Below are positions 1 through 9,310 of a DNA stretch of 64,000 bases, piece by piece. The stretch is from Alphaproteobacteria bacterium. Lineage in GTDB: Bacteria > Pseudomonadota > Alphaproteobacteria > UBA9219. Below the pieces are notes generated by a model, which worked only from the letters and a program-made list of their open reading frames with translations, was not told the origin of the DNA and did not search any database. The stretch spans positions 192,062 to 256,061 of the forward strand of contig JAMFSS010000009.1 of assembly GCA_026225415.1 (NCBI GenBank), given 5' to 3'. Each line of letters opens with the position of its first letter. Position 1 is the first letter of the stretch. The translations under genes and the position numbers were made by a program.

Positions 1-58
1 TACCAAAACAGGACAACTTGCCATTCTATCCCTCTCTTTTGACCATAAGGATCATCCC

Positions 59-640
59 ATGACTGATATTATCAAATCACGCGCTTTGAAATCTTTGCAA
101 TTTGCCGCCTTGGCTTGCGCGCTTGTCACCGGCTCGTTGGCCGCTGCGCACCCTGCCATGGCGGACGGCGTGGAAGAGTTGAACACGGATTCCGACACCG
201 CCCTGAAGAACCTTATCGCGCATAATCCTTCCGCTGCCGAAGTGGCATCGCATGCCCGAGCGGTTCTGATTTTCCCGAATATCGTCAAGGCCGGCTTGAT
301 CTTTGGCGGCGCTTATGGCGAAGGCGAATTGAAGAAGGGCAATACGGTTGACGGTTATTACAACACGCTTTCGGCATCATGGGGTTTACAGGCGGGCGCG
401 CAATCTTACGGTTATGCCCTGTTCTTGATGAACGACAAGGCCGTTGCCTATCTGCACAAGACACATGGTTTGGAAATCGGCACCGGCCCCAATGTCGTTA
501 TCGTCAATGAAGGCGTTGCCAAGAATCTTTCGACATCGACATTGAAAGACGATGTGTACGCCTATGTGTTTGATCAACAAGGTTTGATGGCGGGCGTGGA
601 TATTGAAGGTACGAAGGTTTCGCACATTCATAATCCGTAA
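59..640 (+). CDS. Exported YSC84/SYLF-family lipid-binding protein
   Basis: Signal peptide, then LIFPNIVKAGLIFGGAYGEG, S.GLQAGAQ and GLMAGVDIEGTK motifs typical of the family. Confidence 0.85.
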   Translation: MTDIIKSRALKSLQFAALACALVTGSLAAAHPAMADGVEELNTDSDTALKNLIAHNPSAAEVASHARAVLIFPNIVKAGLIFGGAYGEGELKKGNTVDGYYNTLSASWGLQAGAQSYGYALFLMNDKAVAYLHKTHGLEIGTGPNVVIVNEGVAKNLSTSTLKDDVYAYVFDQQGLMAGVDIEGTKVSHIHNP

Positions 641-650
641 CCACCGTTAT

Positions 651-696
651 ACGGGTGGACACCGGGAACTCGGGCGGTGTTCACCCGTTACTTTTT
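651..696 (+). terminator. Intrinsic terminator-like hairpin
   Basis: 14-bp stem acgggtggacaccg/cggtgttcacccgt followed by a T-rich tract. Confidence 0.6.
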
Positions 697-713
697 AAGG
701 GATTAGTAAAAAT

Positions 714-1799
714 ATGTCCTCACATTTTCGTCGTTACCTTCTGACAGGGCTGCCTTTGATGGCGGCCTTGTTGTCATATTCGGCTTATGCGGATGATCAG
801 GTTGCGCCTGTATCGGCGCCTGTTGCGTCCGCGCCTGCGCCGACGGAAGCGGGCCGCATCACTTTGATGGAAGAGGATGATTATTTCGCGTCGCATGATG
901 ACCGGCATTATACCGAAGGGGCGCGTGCGTCTTATCTATCGCCGCCCGTTACGCCCAATGGTTTTTGGGATCAGCCTTATGGATTTTTGGGCGACAATCT
1001 GCCGATTTTCGGCGGCGGCGACCGCAAGCGCAAATATGAAGCAACCATCGGCCAAAGCATTTTTACGCCGACCGATATTAACTCCCCCACACCGCCCGGC
1101 AATGACCGCCCCTATGCCGCGTGGCTTTATACGGGCGCCAGCCTTTTACAGGAGACCAAACATGATGGTTATAATACTTTGGAAAATGCTGAATTGCTGG
1201 GCGGGGTTGTGGGCCCCGATGCGGGCGGCGAAATCACCCAAAACGATTTCCACGCGCTGATCGAAGACAGCCCTGCGCGCGCATGGTCATACCAGATCCA
1301 TAATGAGCCGGGCATCATGGCGAGTTATGAAAAAAAATTCCGGTTTGAAGCGCCCGTGTCGGACAATTTCGGGTTCGACGCCATTCCCGAAGCGGGCGGC
1401 ACCGTCGGCAATGTGCTGACCTACGGCGAAGTGGGCGGCATGGTGCGCATGGGTAAAAATCTGGCGGCCGATTATGGGCAAGATCGTATCCGCCCCAGCC
1501 TGTCGGGCACCGCATGGTTTGACCCCGCGCAAATGCAAGGCCCCCTCGGCTGGTACGTCTTTGCCGGATCGCAAGGCCGCGCGATGGGGCGCAATATGTT
1601 CTTGCAGGGCAACAGTTTTGAAGACAGCCCACATGTGACCGAAAAACCTTTGGTGGCCGATTTTGTGGGCGGCGCGTCTTTGTTCTGGGCATCCGATATA
1701 CGTGTTGATTTAACCGTTACCCAACGCACAAGGGAATTTTACGACCAGCAAGGCCATCCCGACCGTTTTGGCGGCATCAATGTCGCCTTTGGGTTGTAA
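714..1799 (+). CDS. LpxR/DUF2219-family outer-membrane lipid A deacylase-like protein
   Basis: Signal peptide; EEDDYF..DRHYTEG, IGQSIFTP, DRPYAAWLY and GRNMFLQGN motifs. Confidence 0.8.
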   Translation: MSSHFRRYLLTGLPLMAALLSYSAYADDQVAPVSAPVASAPAPTEAGRITLMEEDDYFASHDDRHYTEGARASYLSPPVTPNGFWDQPYGFLGDNLPIFGGGDRKRKYEATIGQSIFTPTDINSPTPPGNDRPYAAWLYTGASLLQETKHDGYNTLENAELLGGVVGPDAGGEITQNDFHALIEDSPARAWSYQIHNEPGIMASYEKKFRFEAPVSDNFGFDAIPEAGGTVGNVLTYGEVGGMVRMGKNLAADYGQDRIRPSLSGTAWFDPAQMQGPLGWYVFAGSQGRAMGRNMFLQGNSFEDSPHVTEKPLVADFVGGASLFWASDIRVDLTVTQRTREFYDQQGHPDRFGGINVAFGL

Positions 1800-1914
1800 T
1801 CCCGCTTTATCCTGAGGAAATATTTACGAATAGTGCCGCTTTCCCGCACTGCGTTTTTATTCGGGGCTCTTTACTTTGGTTTTCAGGAACAGGAAACAGA
1901 AAGGAACCCCGGTC

Positions 1915-2112
1915 ATGACTCCTCTTTTACCCCCCGCTTGCTCGCGCCTTCCCCTTATCCCTGAAAACGAGATTTTGGCGATCGAAGTGGAAACGTTGAT
2001 GGTGCGGCCTAGCGTCGTTTGGCCTTCGCGTACGCGTTCTTTTGATGCCCCAGCTGCGCATCCTGTGTGGGCCAATCTGGCAAGGGAGGCATCATCATGG
2101 ATGGGTATTTAG
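1915..2112 (+). CDS. Small hypothetical protein (65 aa)
   Basis: ATG preceded by AAAGGA; first of a run of closely packed small ORFs. Confidence 0.3.
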   Translation: MTPLLPPACSRLPLIPENEILAIEVETLMVRPSVVWPSRTRSFDAPAAHPVWANLAREASSWMGI

Positions 2113-2246
2113 ATTTCTGTGACGGCATCGTTATTTACGAAGACGAATTGCTGGACGAAAATTTTGACGAGATCGCCCCCGTCATCGACACCAATTTTCT
2201 GAGCCTTGCGCTCAATAAACCGCCGCAAACTATAAACATGCAATAG
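2097..2246 (+). CDS. Small acidic hypothetical protein (49 aa, MDGYLDFCDGIVIYEDELLDENFDE...)
   Basis: Strong SD (GGGAGG) upstream of ATG 2097; stop abuts the next SD; below the ORF-track cutoff. Confidence 0.45.
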   Translation: MDGYLDFCDGIVIYEDELLDENFDEIAPVIDTNFLSLALNKPPQTINMQ

Positions 2247-2256
2247 GAGAAGCAAG

Positions 2257-2499
2257 ATGAGTGAAGCCGCAAGAAATTTAATGGCCCTTTTGATCGTCGT
2301 GATGATTGGGGTTTTGGCATGGAATGTTTTGACCATGCCCGATCACCGCAGCACCGGTCAACGCGTGGGCGATGCCATTGATGCGTTACCCAATGTGGGC
2401 AGGGCATCGAGCGAATTGCATGATCAGACGCCCGGCGAACGTTTGGGCGATTCCATCAAGAATGCCGGCCAAAAAGTCAAAGACCAGACCGCCAACTAA
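2257..2499 (+). CDS. Small single-TM protein with repeated T.GQR/ERxGD motif
   Basis: SD AGGAG; N-terminal TM helix; STGQRVGDAI and TPGERLGDSI internal repeat. Confidence 0.7.
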   Translation: MSEAARNLMALLIVVMIGVLAWNVLTMPDHRSTGQRVGDAIDALPNVGRASSELHDQTPGERLGDSIKNAGQKVKDQTAN

Positions 2500-2515
2500 A
2501 CCATAAGGTGCAATA

Positions 2516-2875
2516 ATGCGTATACGATTGATGATGCTGCCGGTGCTGGCTTTGTTGGCGGCATGCGGCGATTCAGGGCATTTTGACGCCGACGGCAATT
2601 ACATAACGTCGGATTTTCAACAGCCGGCGCATGATAAATTACTGCCGCATTACAAGGATTATTCCGTCCCTTATACGCGCGCCGGCTATTATGATTATGA
2701 CGGCAATTACGTAACCGTTAACACAATGGCTTTGCCGTCGACATTGTTGCCGCCTGTTGGATTATGCCGTGTGTGGATAGCTGGACTGCCTGCGGACAGC
2801 GAACCACCGATTGAACCCTGTGACGGCATACAAAGCCGCTTGCCCGTGGGGGCTTATGTCATCTATGGCGGATAA
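2516..2875 (+). CDS. Hypothetical lipoprotein
   Basis: Lipobox LAAC; two D.DGNY repeats; C-terminal LPP.GLCRVW...C motif. Confidence 0.75.
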   Translation: MRIRLMMLPVLALLAACGDSGHFDADGNYITSDFQQPAHDKLLPHYKDYSVPYTRAGYYDYDGNYVTVNTMALPSTLLPPVGLCRVWIAGLPADSEPPIEPCDGIQSRLPVGAYVIYGG

Positions 2876-2966
2876 AAACGGGATAGGATAAGATGCAAAT
2901 GGCGCGCATAGAATAATATATGCGCGCCATGGTATTTTGTGCGTTTACGAAAAGGGATATAAGAAA

Positions 2967-3692
2967 ATGGCAACGCACCTGCATGAGGCAGACAAGGAAC
3001 GTGAACGCATACACAGGAATATGCTGTCGCTGGTATCGCATGATTTAAAAACGCCTTTGGCGACCATTATCGGTTCTTTGGAAATTTATACGCGCATGGA
3101 TACGCGCCTGACCGCCGAAAAAAAGGAAATGCTGGTCAATTCCGCGCTTAAGGAAGCCTATCGGCTTGACAGCTTTATCACCAACATCCTTGATCTGGCC
3201 AAACTTGAAAATGATATGGTCAGGATTAATACCGAAATGTGCGACCTGAGCCTTGTCATCAATGATTGCATCACGCGTCTGGGGCCCAAGGCAGCCAGCG
3301 TGGCATTTGATTTGAAAGGCACTTCGGCGCCCGTGATGGTGCGCACCGACCCGATGTTATTGGGTCGGGCGATTGGTATTTTGTTGGACAACGCCATTAA
3401 ATATGCCGGCACGCAAACCCATATCACCATTGAATATGGCAGCCAGGATGATCTGGCGCATGTCACCATCCGCGATAATGGCCCCGGCGTTCCGCAAGAC
3501 AGGTTGGAGGATATCTTTTCCAAATATACGCGCTTTTCCACCGCCGACCACCAGAATGCCGGAACGGGTTTGGGTTTAACCATTTGCCGTTTGATGATGA
3601 GATTATTGAATGGCAGCGTAACCGCGTTAGGGAAAAAAGATGCCGAAAAGGGCGCGGAATTTACTTTGCGGTTTTCGGCGGCGTTGGATTGA
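2967..3692 (+). CDS. Sensor-less histidine kinase (HisKA + HATPase, KdpD-like)
   Basis: H-box SHDLKTPL, N-box LLDNAIKY, G1 DNGPG, G2 GTGLGL; no input domain. Confidence 0.9.
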   Translation: MATHLHEADKERERIHRNMLSLVSHDLKTPLATIIGSLEIYTRMDTRLTAEKKEMLVNSALKEAYRLDSFITNILDLAKLENDMVRINTEMCDLSLVINDCITRLGPKAASVAFDLKGTSAPVMVRTDPMLLGRAIGILLDNAIKYAGTQTHITIEYGSQDDLAHVTIRDNGPGVPQDRLEDIFSKYTRFSTADHQNAGTGLGLTICRLMMRLLNGSVTALGKKDAEKGAEFTLRFSAALD

Positions 3693-3715
3693 ATAAACGG
3701 GCAAAGGCGGACACG

Positions 3716-3787
3716 AAAAAATGCGGAGTTCGTGGAGCTGCATCTGTTGCGATTGCAACAAGTTGTAGTTCCACGCTCCGCATTTTT
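3716..3787. terminator. Long imperfect hairpin / bidirectional terminator
   Basis: aaaaatgcggag..gtggagctgca..tgttgc / gcaaca..tgtagttccac..ctccgcattttt between convergent genes. Confidence 0.65.
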
Positions 3788-3805
3788 GTTTATTGAGTTG
3801 AAGGT

Positions 3806-3991
3806 TCAGGATAACGGTGTTGGGGGTCGGCGGCCGCTGATGACGCTGTAGATCAGGCTGGCGATAAACAGCACGACGAAGATAAGCGCGAGGAATTTGG
3901 CGATGCTGGCGAATTCCGCCGCCATGCCGCCAAAGCCCAGAAACGCCGCAAGAACGGCAAGGATAAAGAAAGTGATGACGTAATTTAACAT
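3806..3991 (-). CDS. DUF1328/UPF0391 small membrane protein
   Basis: MLNYVITFFILAVLAAFLGFGG...IAKFL signature; SD GGAGG. Confidence 0.9.
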   Translation of the reverse strand: MLNYVITFFILAVLAAFLGFGGMAAEFASIAKFLALIFVVLFIASLIYSVISGRRPPTPLS

Positions 3992-4119
3992 GATGAGCCT
4001 CCAACCTTTTCTTGAATGTTTATTTCCTGGAAGCATGGTAGGGGCAGCCAAATAATTTTTCAGTGCCGCCCCGGCCAGGGAATGATCATGTTTCCCTAAA
4101 GGAATTTTTTTATGTTCCC

Positions 4120-4734
4120 TTAATGCGGCAATTCGGGTTTACCCTGATGCGCCACCAACAGATCATGCATGTCATTGGCATGTTCTTCTTCTTTTTCCAG
4201 AATGCCTTCCAGCATGCGGCGCGTGGTGGGATCCTTATCGCGGAAAAATTCGATGAGTTCGCGGTAATGTTCGCAGGCGATACGTTCGGCGACCAGATTT
4301 TCCTTGATCATATCCACCAAAGTTTCCGTATCCACATATTGCGAGGCGGCGCGCGATGTTAATGTGGCGGGATTGAAATCCGGCTTACCGCCCAACTGGT
4401 TGATACGTTCGCCGACCAGCTGAACATGAACCTGTTCTTCGTTGGCGTGGGTTGAGAATTCTTCCTTGATCGATTCACTGGCGATGCCGGCCGCCGCAAT
4501 CGCGTTCATGGTGTAACGCAGGACGCAGACGATTTCGGTCGCGAGAACCGATTGCAGAATGTTGATGGTTTGTTCAGGATCGCCTTTATAGGCCGGGGTT
4601 ATGGCGCCCTTGGCCAGATCCTGGCGCGCTTTTTCGCGCAGTTTTATCACATCGGTTAAAAAGGGTTTGTCGCGGTTGGCCGGTTTCGGCGTTTCACGTT
4701 GTTCGGTGGAAACGGTTTCAAGCGCTGGTTTCAT
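4120..4734 (-). CDS. Ferritin-like (bacterioferritin-type) protein
   Basis: LATEIVCVLRY, HANEEQVH, ENLVAERIA and EEEHANDM di-iron ligand motifs. Confidence 0.9.
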   Translation of the reverse strand: MKPALETVSTEQRETPKPANRDKPFLTDVIKLREKARQDLAKGAITPAYKGDPEQTINILQSVLATEIVCVLRYTMNAIAAAGIASESIKEEFSTHANEEQVHVQLVGERINQLGGKPDFNPATLTSRAASQYVDTETLVDMIKENLVAERIACEHYRELIEFFRDKDPTTRRMLEGILEKEEEHANDMHDLLVAHQGKPELPH

Positions 4735-4846
4735 TGGATTTTCTTTCACGCATAAGGGGTTTGGGAGGCATGCCTATTTTATAAATTCTTCCGCACAAAA
4801 ACTCCATGCGACGGCGGCGCCTTTATATAAAAAAACGGTAAGGCCT

Positions 4847-7504
4847 TTACATATCCGGTTTTAAATCTTCATGCGGGATGTGCGCTTCAGGATGATGCAG
4901 ACCGGGCGGTGGTGATGTGTAGTTGTGCTGCGCCGCTTCCTTTTTTTTAAAATCCTGCCATTGCTGGTTTCTCTGGCTGGTGACAAAGGAAGCCGGATCA
5001 CCGGATTTTTTGGTAAGCGCAAAGGGTAAAATCCCCAAACCTGCGAAATTCGTTTTTGTATTGGCGGCCACGCTATGCATAGCCGTTCCTGGCGCCGTTT
5101 TGGTTGTTGCGGCTTTTACCGTTCCTTTTACCGCAGCAGCAGAAGCGGAAGCATGTGCGGTGCCCATCCCCGGCATTGCCACATGCCCCGGGGCGGCCAT
5201 CGCCGCGCTGTGCGTATGCAACATGCTATTGCCGAAGGAATGCCCTGCTGCTGCATGTGCGGTGGGCATTGTCACCCAATCCGCGCTTTTTATCGCGCCA
5301 TTCCTTATATCCGAATGGACGCCATGCATGATATCCGCATGTGCCACGGCATGATGCGGGAATAAATCGACGGCATGGAAGATGTCATGCGCGGGGTTTC
5401 CAGAATTCTGGTTTTGGTTATCATTATTGTCATCTCCTTCGCGACCGCGGGTTTCGTCGTGCGATGAAGATTGTTGTTCCTGACGGTCGTTTCCTGATCT
5501 GTCATTGCCTTCGTCGCGGGATGAATCCGGCTCTTCGCGACGACCTTCATCGCGCGATTCATCACGCGGATTATCTTGTTGGGAATCCTGGCGGTTATCA
5601 TCGCTCCTATCCTCGTTACGCGGTTCGTCATTACGATTTTCGTTCGTATTATCATTGCGGTTATCATTACCCTGATTAGCTTCGCTTTGCCTGTTATCCT
5701 GCGTGTCTTCATTGCGCGTTTGCTGATTGTCTTGCGACGCATTCTGGTCTGGCTGTTGGGTATTATTGTCTGGCGAGGTATTTTCATTGCCAGAGGCTTG
5801 GTTACGTGCGGGCTCATTCGCAGTCGGTTCGTTTATCGTTGGTTCGTTTGTGACTGGTTCGTTTGTCGTTGGTTCATTCGTGACAGGTTCGTTTACCCTC
5901 GGTTCATTTGTGACTGGCTCGTTTATTGTCGGTTCATTGGCCACAGTTTCGGTTGCCACAGGTTCGTTAACCACAGCTTCATTAACGCGTGGCTCCACAA
6001 CAACCGGTTCATTCGTTACGGGTTCCTGATACGGTTCCGCGACTATTTGCGTGTTGTTATCGGCAATTTCGGACGCCGCGCGTGGTTCGACCAGTTCGAC
6101 ATTTTGCGCGTTTGGTTCATTGCCTGTCGATGTGTTTTGCCCGGCTTCTGCATTAACAACCACCTGCCCGTCTGCCAATTCGGTGGCGGGCACAAGGATT
6201 TCATTCGACGCCTGTTCCACCGTCGCCAAAACATCGGGGGTAACGACGGTATTTGGTGCATCCTCGCTGGCTGAACCGCTTTCCAATTCATCTGTGTCCT
6301 GTACCGGAAAGGCAGGATTGATGCGTGCCGGATAGGCTGGCGCGGCATTGGCAGGCCCCGCCGCCCCTTGGGAGATGGGCATGAAATCGGTATAGCCCGA
6401 CGTGCTTGTATTGGGGATGGCCACGGCCAGGCTTTGGAGCCCTTCGGGCATTTGGTCGCCGATCTGTTGCGCGGCCTGTTCCGTTGGCACAGGGATAATG
6501 GGCACAATAACAGTATCCGGCCGTTTCGGTTGGCCGTTATTCGCCTGAAGCAATTCAGCCTGTGTCGCGACTTCCAATTTGGCCAGATTGTTTAGGCTTT
6601 GCATTCCGCCTTTTTTATCATCTTCGCGTTTTTGTGCTTCCTGCAAAACCGTCAGGCGGCGTTTTTCATCGTCATCCCTTTTCTGGAAGAATTGTTGTTG
6701 CTCGTGGAATTTTTTGTTTCTTAGCTTTTCTTCTTCCTGAAAAACAAGGCCGGCTGCTATGGCTGCGGCTTCGGCTTTTAAAATGGGGTGGCCGCCATTT
6801 TCATCCCTGACATAAAGGCCATAAGGATAATCGATGCGTGTTAAATAAGGCGGCACCGGCGGCAAATTAGGCGAGCGCAAAGCAGGCAAGCTTGTATCCG
6901 GCGGATTTAAAACAAGGTCGCGCGCGTCCATATCCGGTTTGTCTTTTTCATTGACATTAAACACCGATGCCCCGCCCATACCCATGGGGCGGCTGTCCCG
7001 AAAAGCATTTTGCAAAGGCAAAAGCGGTTGGCACAGAACCATTAAACCTGACGGAATTCCCATATCGGCCATAATCGCGCCGTCGCTGTCGGGCGGCACA
7101 TCGTAACGCACAAGGGTGTTTTCTTTGGTATCGAATGTCGCCAGCACCGCTTTTTCGGTCGGCACAGGCAAGGCGGTTGGCATCAACCGGGTGCGGCTGG
7201 ATGAAACGCGCACAAGGATTTGCTCGGTTGTTTGCGGCATATCCTGAACGACATTATCAATCATGTTCCATAAACGCCGCGCCTGACGCCCATCGTCATT
7301 TGTTTTGGGCCAGAAACGCGCCAGATCGTTTTTGACACGTTTATGCGATGTGATCACATCCCGTTCAAACGGATGTTGCCCCAGAAGATCGATATAACGC
7401 CCCAGCGGCGCGTCAAATTTTTCCTGTTCGACCATGACCGTATTTTGCATGTCGATATCAGGATCTGGCCGCGCCTTGGTCAGGATGGGTTGATCGGTAT
7501 TCAT
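4847..7504 (-). CDS. Large low-complexity, probably disordered protein with NEP repeats
   Basis: 885-codon ORF, SD AAGGA before ATG 7504; coiled-coil, NEP-repeat, N/D/R/Q-rich and His/Ala-rich blocks. Confidence 0.8.
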   Translation of the reverse strand: MNTDQPILTKARPDPDIDMQNTVMVEQEKFDAPLGRYIDLLGQHPFERDVITSHKRVKNDLARFWPKTNDDGRQARRLWNMIDNVVQDMPQTTEQILVRVSSSRTRLMPTALPVPTEKAVLATFDTKENTLVRYDVPPDSDGAIMADMGIPSGLMVLCQPLLPLQNAFRDSRPMGMGGASVFNVNEKDKPDMDARDLVLNPPDTSLPALRSPNLPPVPPYLTRIDYPYGLYVRDENGGHPILKAEAAAIAAGLVFQEEEKLRNKKFHEQQQFFQKRDDDEKRRLTVLQEAQKREDDKKGGMQSLNNLAKLEVATQAELLQANNGQPKRPDTVIVPIIPVPTEQAAQQIGDQMPEGLQSLAVAIPNTSTSGYTDFMPISQGAAGPANAAPAYPARINPAFPVQDTDELESGSASEDAPNTVVTPDVLATVEQASNEILVPATELADGQVVVNAEAGQNTSTGNEPNAQNVELVEPRAASEIADNNTQIVAEPYQEPVTNEPVVVEPRVNEAVVNEPVATETVANEPTINEPVTNEPRVNEPVTNEPTTNEPVTNEPTINEPTANEPARNQASGNENTSPDNNTQQPDQNASQDNQQTRNEDTQDNRQSEANQGNDNRNDNTNENRNDEPRNEDRSDDNRQDSQQDNPRDESRDEGRREEPDSSRDEGNDRSGNDRQEQQSSSHDETRGREGDDNNDNQNQNSGNPAHDIFHAVDLFPHHAVAHADIMHGVHSDIRNGAIKSADWVTMPTAHAAAGHSFGNSMLHTHSAAMAAPGHVAMPGMGTAHASASAAAVKGTVKAATTKTAPGTAMHSVAANTKTNFAGLGILPFALTKKSGDPASFVTSQRNQQWQDFKKKEAAQHNYTSPPPGLHHPEAHIPHEDLKPDM
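5810..6030 (-). repeat. Coding ~15-bp tandem repeat (xxNEP pentapeptide)
   Basis: Recurring ggttcgtt/ggttcatt at ~15-nt spacing; VTNEP, TINEP, RVNEP, TTNEP. Confidence 0.85.
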
Positions 7505-7617
7505 GATAACCGTTCCTTTTGATTGATAGCCCGTACAATCAAGGAAAACGCCCTGTAAAAACAATCATGCTTTTAGGGGGCGCATATAAAGATCCGGTAA
7601 ATTCAGGGTCTTAACCT

Positions 7618-7860
7618 TTATCTGTCCCAAACGGGTTTGCCCAAATCAACCTGTCTATCACTAGTTAAACCGCCTGCAGCACCACCCACCGCCGCGCCCA
7701 CAGCCGCACCCGCCACAGGGTTGCCGACCAATGCACCGCCAATGGCGCCACCCGCAGCCCCCAGACCGGCGCCACTGACGACGCGATCGCCCGTGTCATG
7801 CCCACACGCGGCAAGCATCAGCAGGCAGAACAGGGAAACAAGACGCGAAGATGTTTTCAT
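7618..7860 (-). CDS. Glycine-zipper lipoprotein
   Basis: Lipobox LAAC; GAGLGAAGGAIGG...GAAVGAAVGGAAG; ends VDLGKPVW. Confidence 0.85.
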   Translation of the reverse strand: MKTSSRLVSLFCLLMLAACGHDTGDRVVSGAGLGAAGGAIGGALVGNPVAGAAVGAAVGGAAGGLTSDRQVDLGKPVWDR

Positions 7861-8081
7861 GATGATCCTCATTTTTTATGAGAAGTATTTTCGGCAAGCA
7901 TGTATCGGGTGATGAAAAGAGTCTATGTCGTTGCGGGCAAAAAATAATAAAAAATACGCAACGTCACTTATTTTACGTAAAACTTATTTTTCACCCCCTC
8001 ATCACCCATCGCAGAAAAATAAGGGTGTTTTTAAATTGACCTTCCCGTTCTCTACTTAAACTCAAGCAAACAGGTGATGTT

Positions 8082-8165
8082 ATGAAACTCGGTGGTGGAA
8101 TTCTTTTATGGCTTCTGGGCGTGCCCTTGCCCATCCTTCTTCTTATCGCTCTTTTTTCGCGTTAA
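8082..8165 (+). CDS. 27-aa hydrophobic small protein (MKLGGGILLWLLGVPLPILLLIALFSR)
   Basis: SD AGGTG; single TM; LLWLLGVP.P pattern recalled from alphaproteobacterial microproteins. Confidence 0.7.
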   Translation: MKLGGGILLWLLGVPLPILLLIALFSR

Positions 8166-8188
8166 TCCCCTTATCCAAGGAACAGACA

Positions 8189-9106
8189 ATGACAATGCAA
8201 TCACCCTATGCGCCACCTGCGCCCCTTCACGATCATTCGCACACCCATGAATCGAACATCTCTGGCGTTAGCTGGGGCGCGGTTATTGCCGGCGGTTTTG
8301 CCGCCATGGCCGTTTCGGTTGTTCTGGTGATTTTGGGCAGCGGACTTGGCCTTTCCGCGTTTTCGCCATCCTCACAGGCTTCTGCCTTTCCTATGAAAGC
8401 GGCCTTGTGGATTGTCTTTACGCAATGGATCGCGTCCGGTTTCGGCGGTTATATCGCAGGCCGTTTGCGCACCAAATGGGTGCAAATCCATGATGATGAA
8501 ATTATGTTCCGGGATTCGGCACATGGTTTTCTGGCCTGGTCTTTGGCAACGGTTGTCGCCGCTTTTCTTACGTTTTCTGTTGCCACCATGATTGTGGGTG
8601 GCGGTTTGAAAGCAGCGACACCTGTTGTGGCTGCGGGAGCCGCCGGATCGGCGCACGAAATGGCAAAACCGGGCGCGCGTTTCAATGCAGGCGACGGTTA
8701 TTATGTCGATCTTCTGGTGCGCCCTTCGGCCACCACCAATGCGGCGCCTGTGAATGCGCAGGATTCAAATGCGGAAATCACGCGCATTTTATGGCAGGGC
8801 GCGAAAAATGGCGGTGTCTCGGATGACGACAAAGCCTATCTGGCGAAAGTTGTTGCCGCCCGCACAGGCATCAGCGATCAGGAAGCCAATGACCGCGTCA
8901 ACACCACCTTGCAGAAAATAAATGATGACAAGGAAACGGCCAAACAGAAAGCCGAAGCAGCCCGCAAGGCAAGTATGCATATGGCTTTTTATATGGCGTT
9001 CGCACTGGCTATCGGCGCGTTTATCGCCAGCATCGCGTCGGTTCTGGGTGGTCGTTTGCGTGATGAATATCATGCGGAATATCACGCCGCCAAGCGCGTT
9101 GTGTAA
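8189..9106 (+). CDS. Multi-pass membrane protein of unknown function
   Basis: SGVSWGAVIAG, GGYIAGRLR, RDSAHGFLAW and final GGRLRD motifs; SD AAGGA. Confidence 0.85.
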   Translation: MTMQSPYAPPAPLHDHSHTHESNISGVSWGAVIAGGFAAMAVSVVLVILGSGLGLSAFSPSSQASAFPMKAALWIVFTQWIASGFGGYIAGRLRTKWVQIHDDEIMFRDSAHGFLAWSLATVVAAFLTFSVATMIVGGGLKAATPVVAAGAAGSAHEMAKPGARFNAGDGYYVDLLVRPSATTNAAPVNAQDSNAEITRILWQGAKNGGVSDDDKAYLAKVVAARTGISDQEANDRVNTTLQKINDDKETAKQKAEAARKASMHMAFYMAFALAIGAFIASIASVLGGRLRDEYHAEYHAAKRVV

Positions 9107-9127
9107 TTTCCAACGAGTCTAAAAATC

Positions 9128-9158
9128 ACGGCGTGCCCCAACAGGGCACGCCGTTTTT
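9128..9158 (+). terminator. Intrinsic terminator
   Basis: acggcgtgccc/gggcacgccgt stem followed by Ts. Confidence 0.8.
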
Positions 9159-9310
9159 GTATGCCCGCGCCCCGGGGCTCCGACAAGGCGCAAACTTACA
9201 CGCCGCTAACTTATAGAGGCCTACTGCCAAGGTGAATCCTTATCCGCGCGCTGTCATTGTCCCTTTGCACTCATGAAGGGTGCTGGTAACTCTTTCCAAG
9301 GAGATTTCTT

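Noticed and set aside
2040..2095. IS3 transposase remnant (HPVWANLARE resembles a motif before the IS3 integrase core)
   Set aside because: No DDE domain, terminal repeats or further similarity
5810..6030. Periodic repeats as a CRISPR array
   Set aside because: Period is ~15 nt, in frame within a CDS, degenerate at synonymous positions, with no spacers and no cas genes
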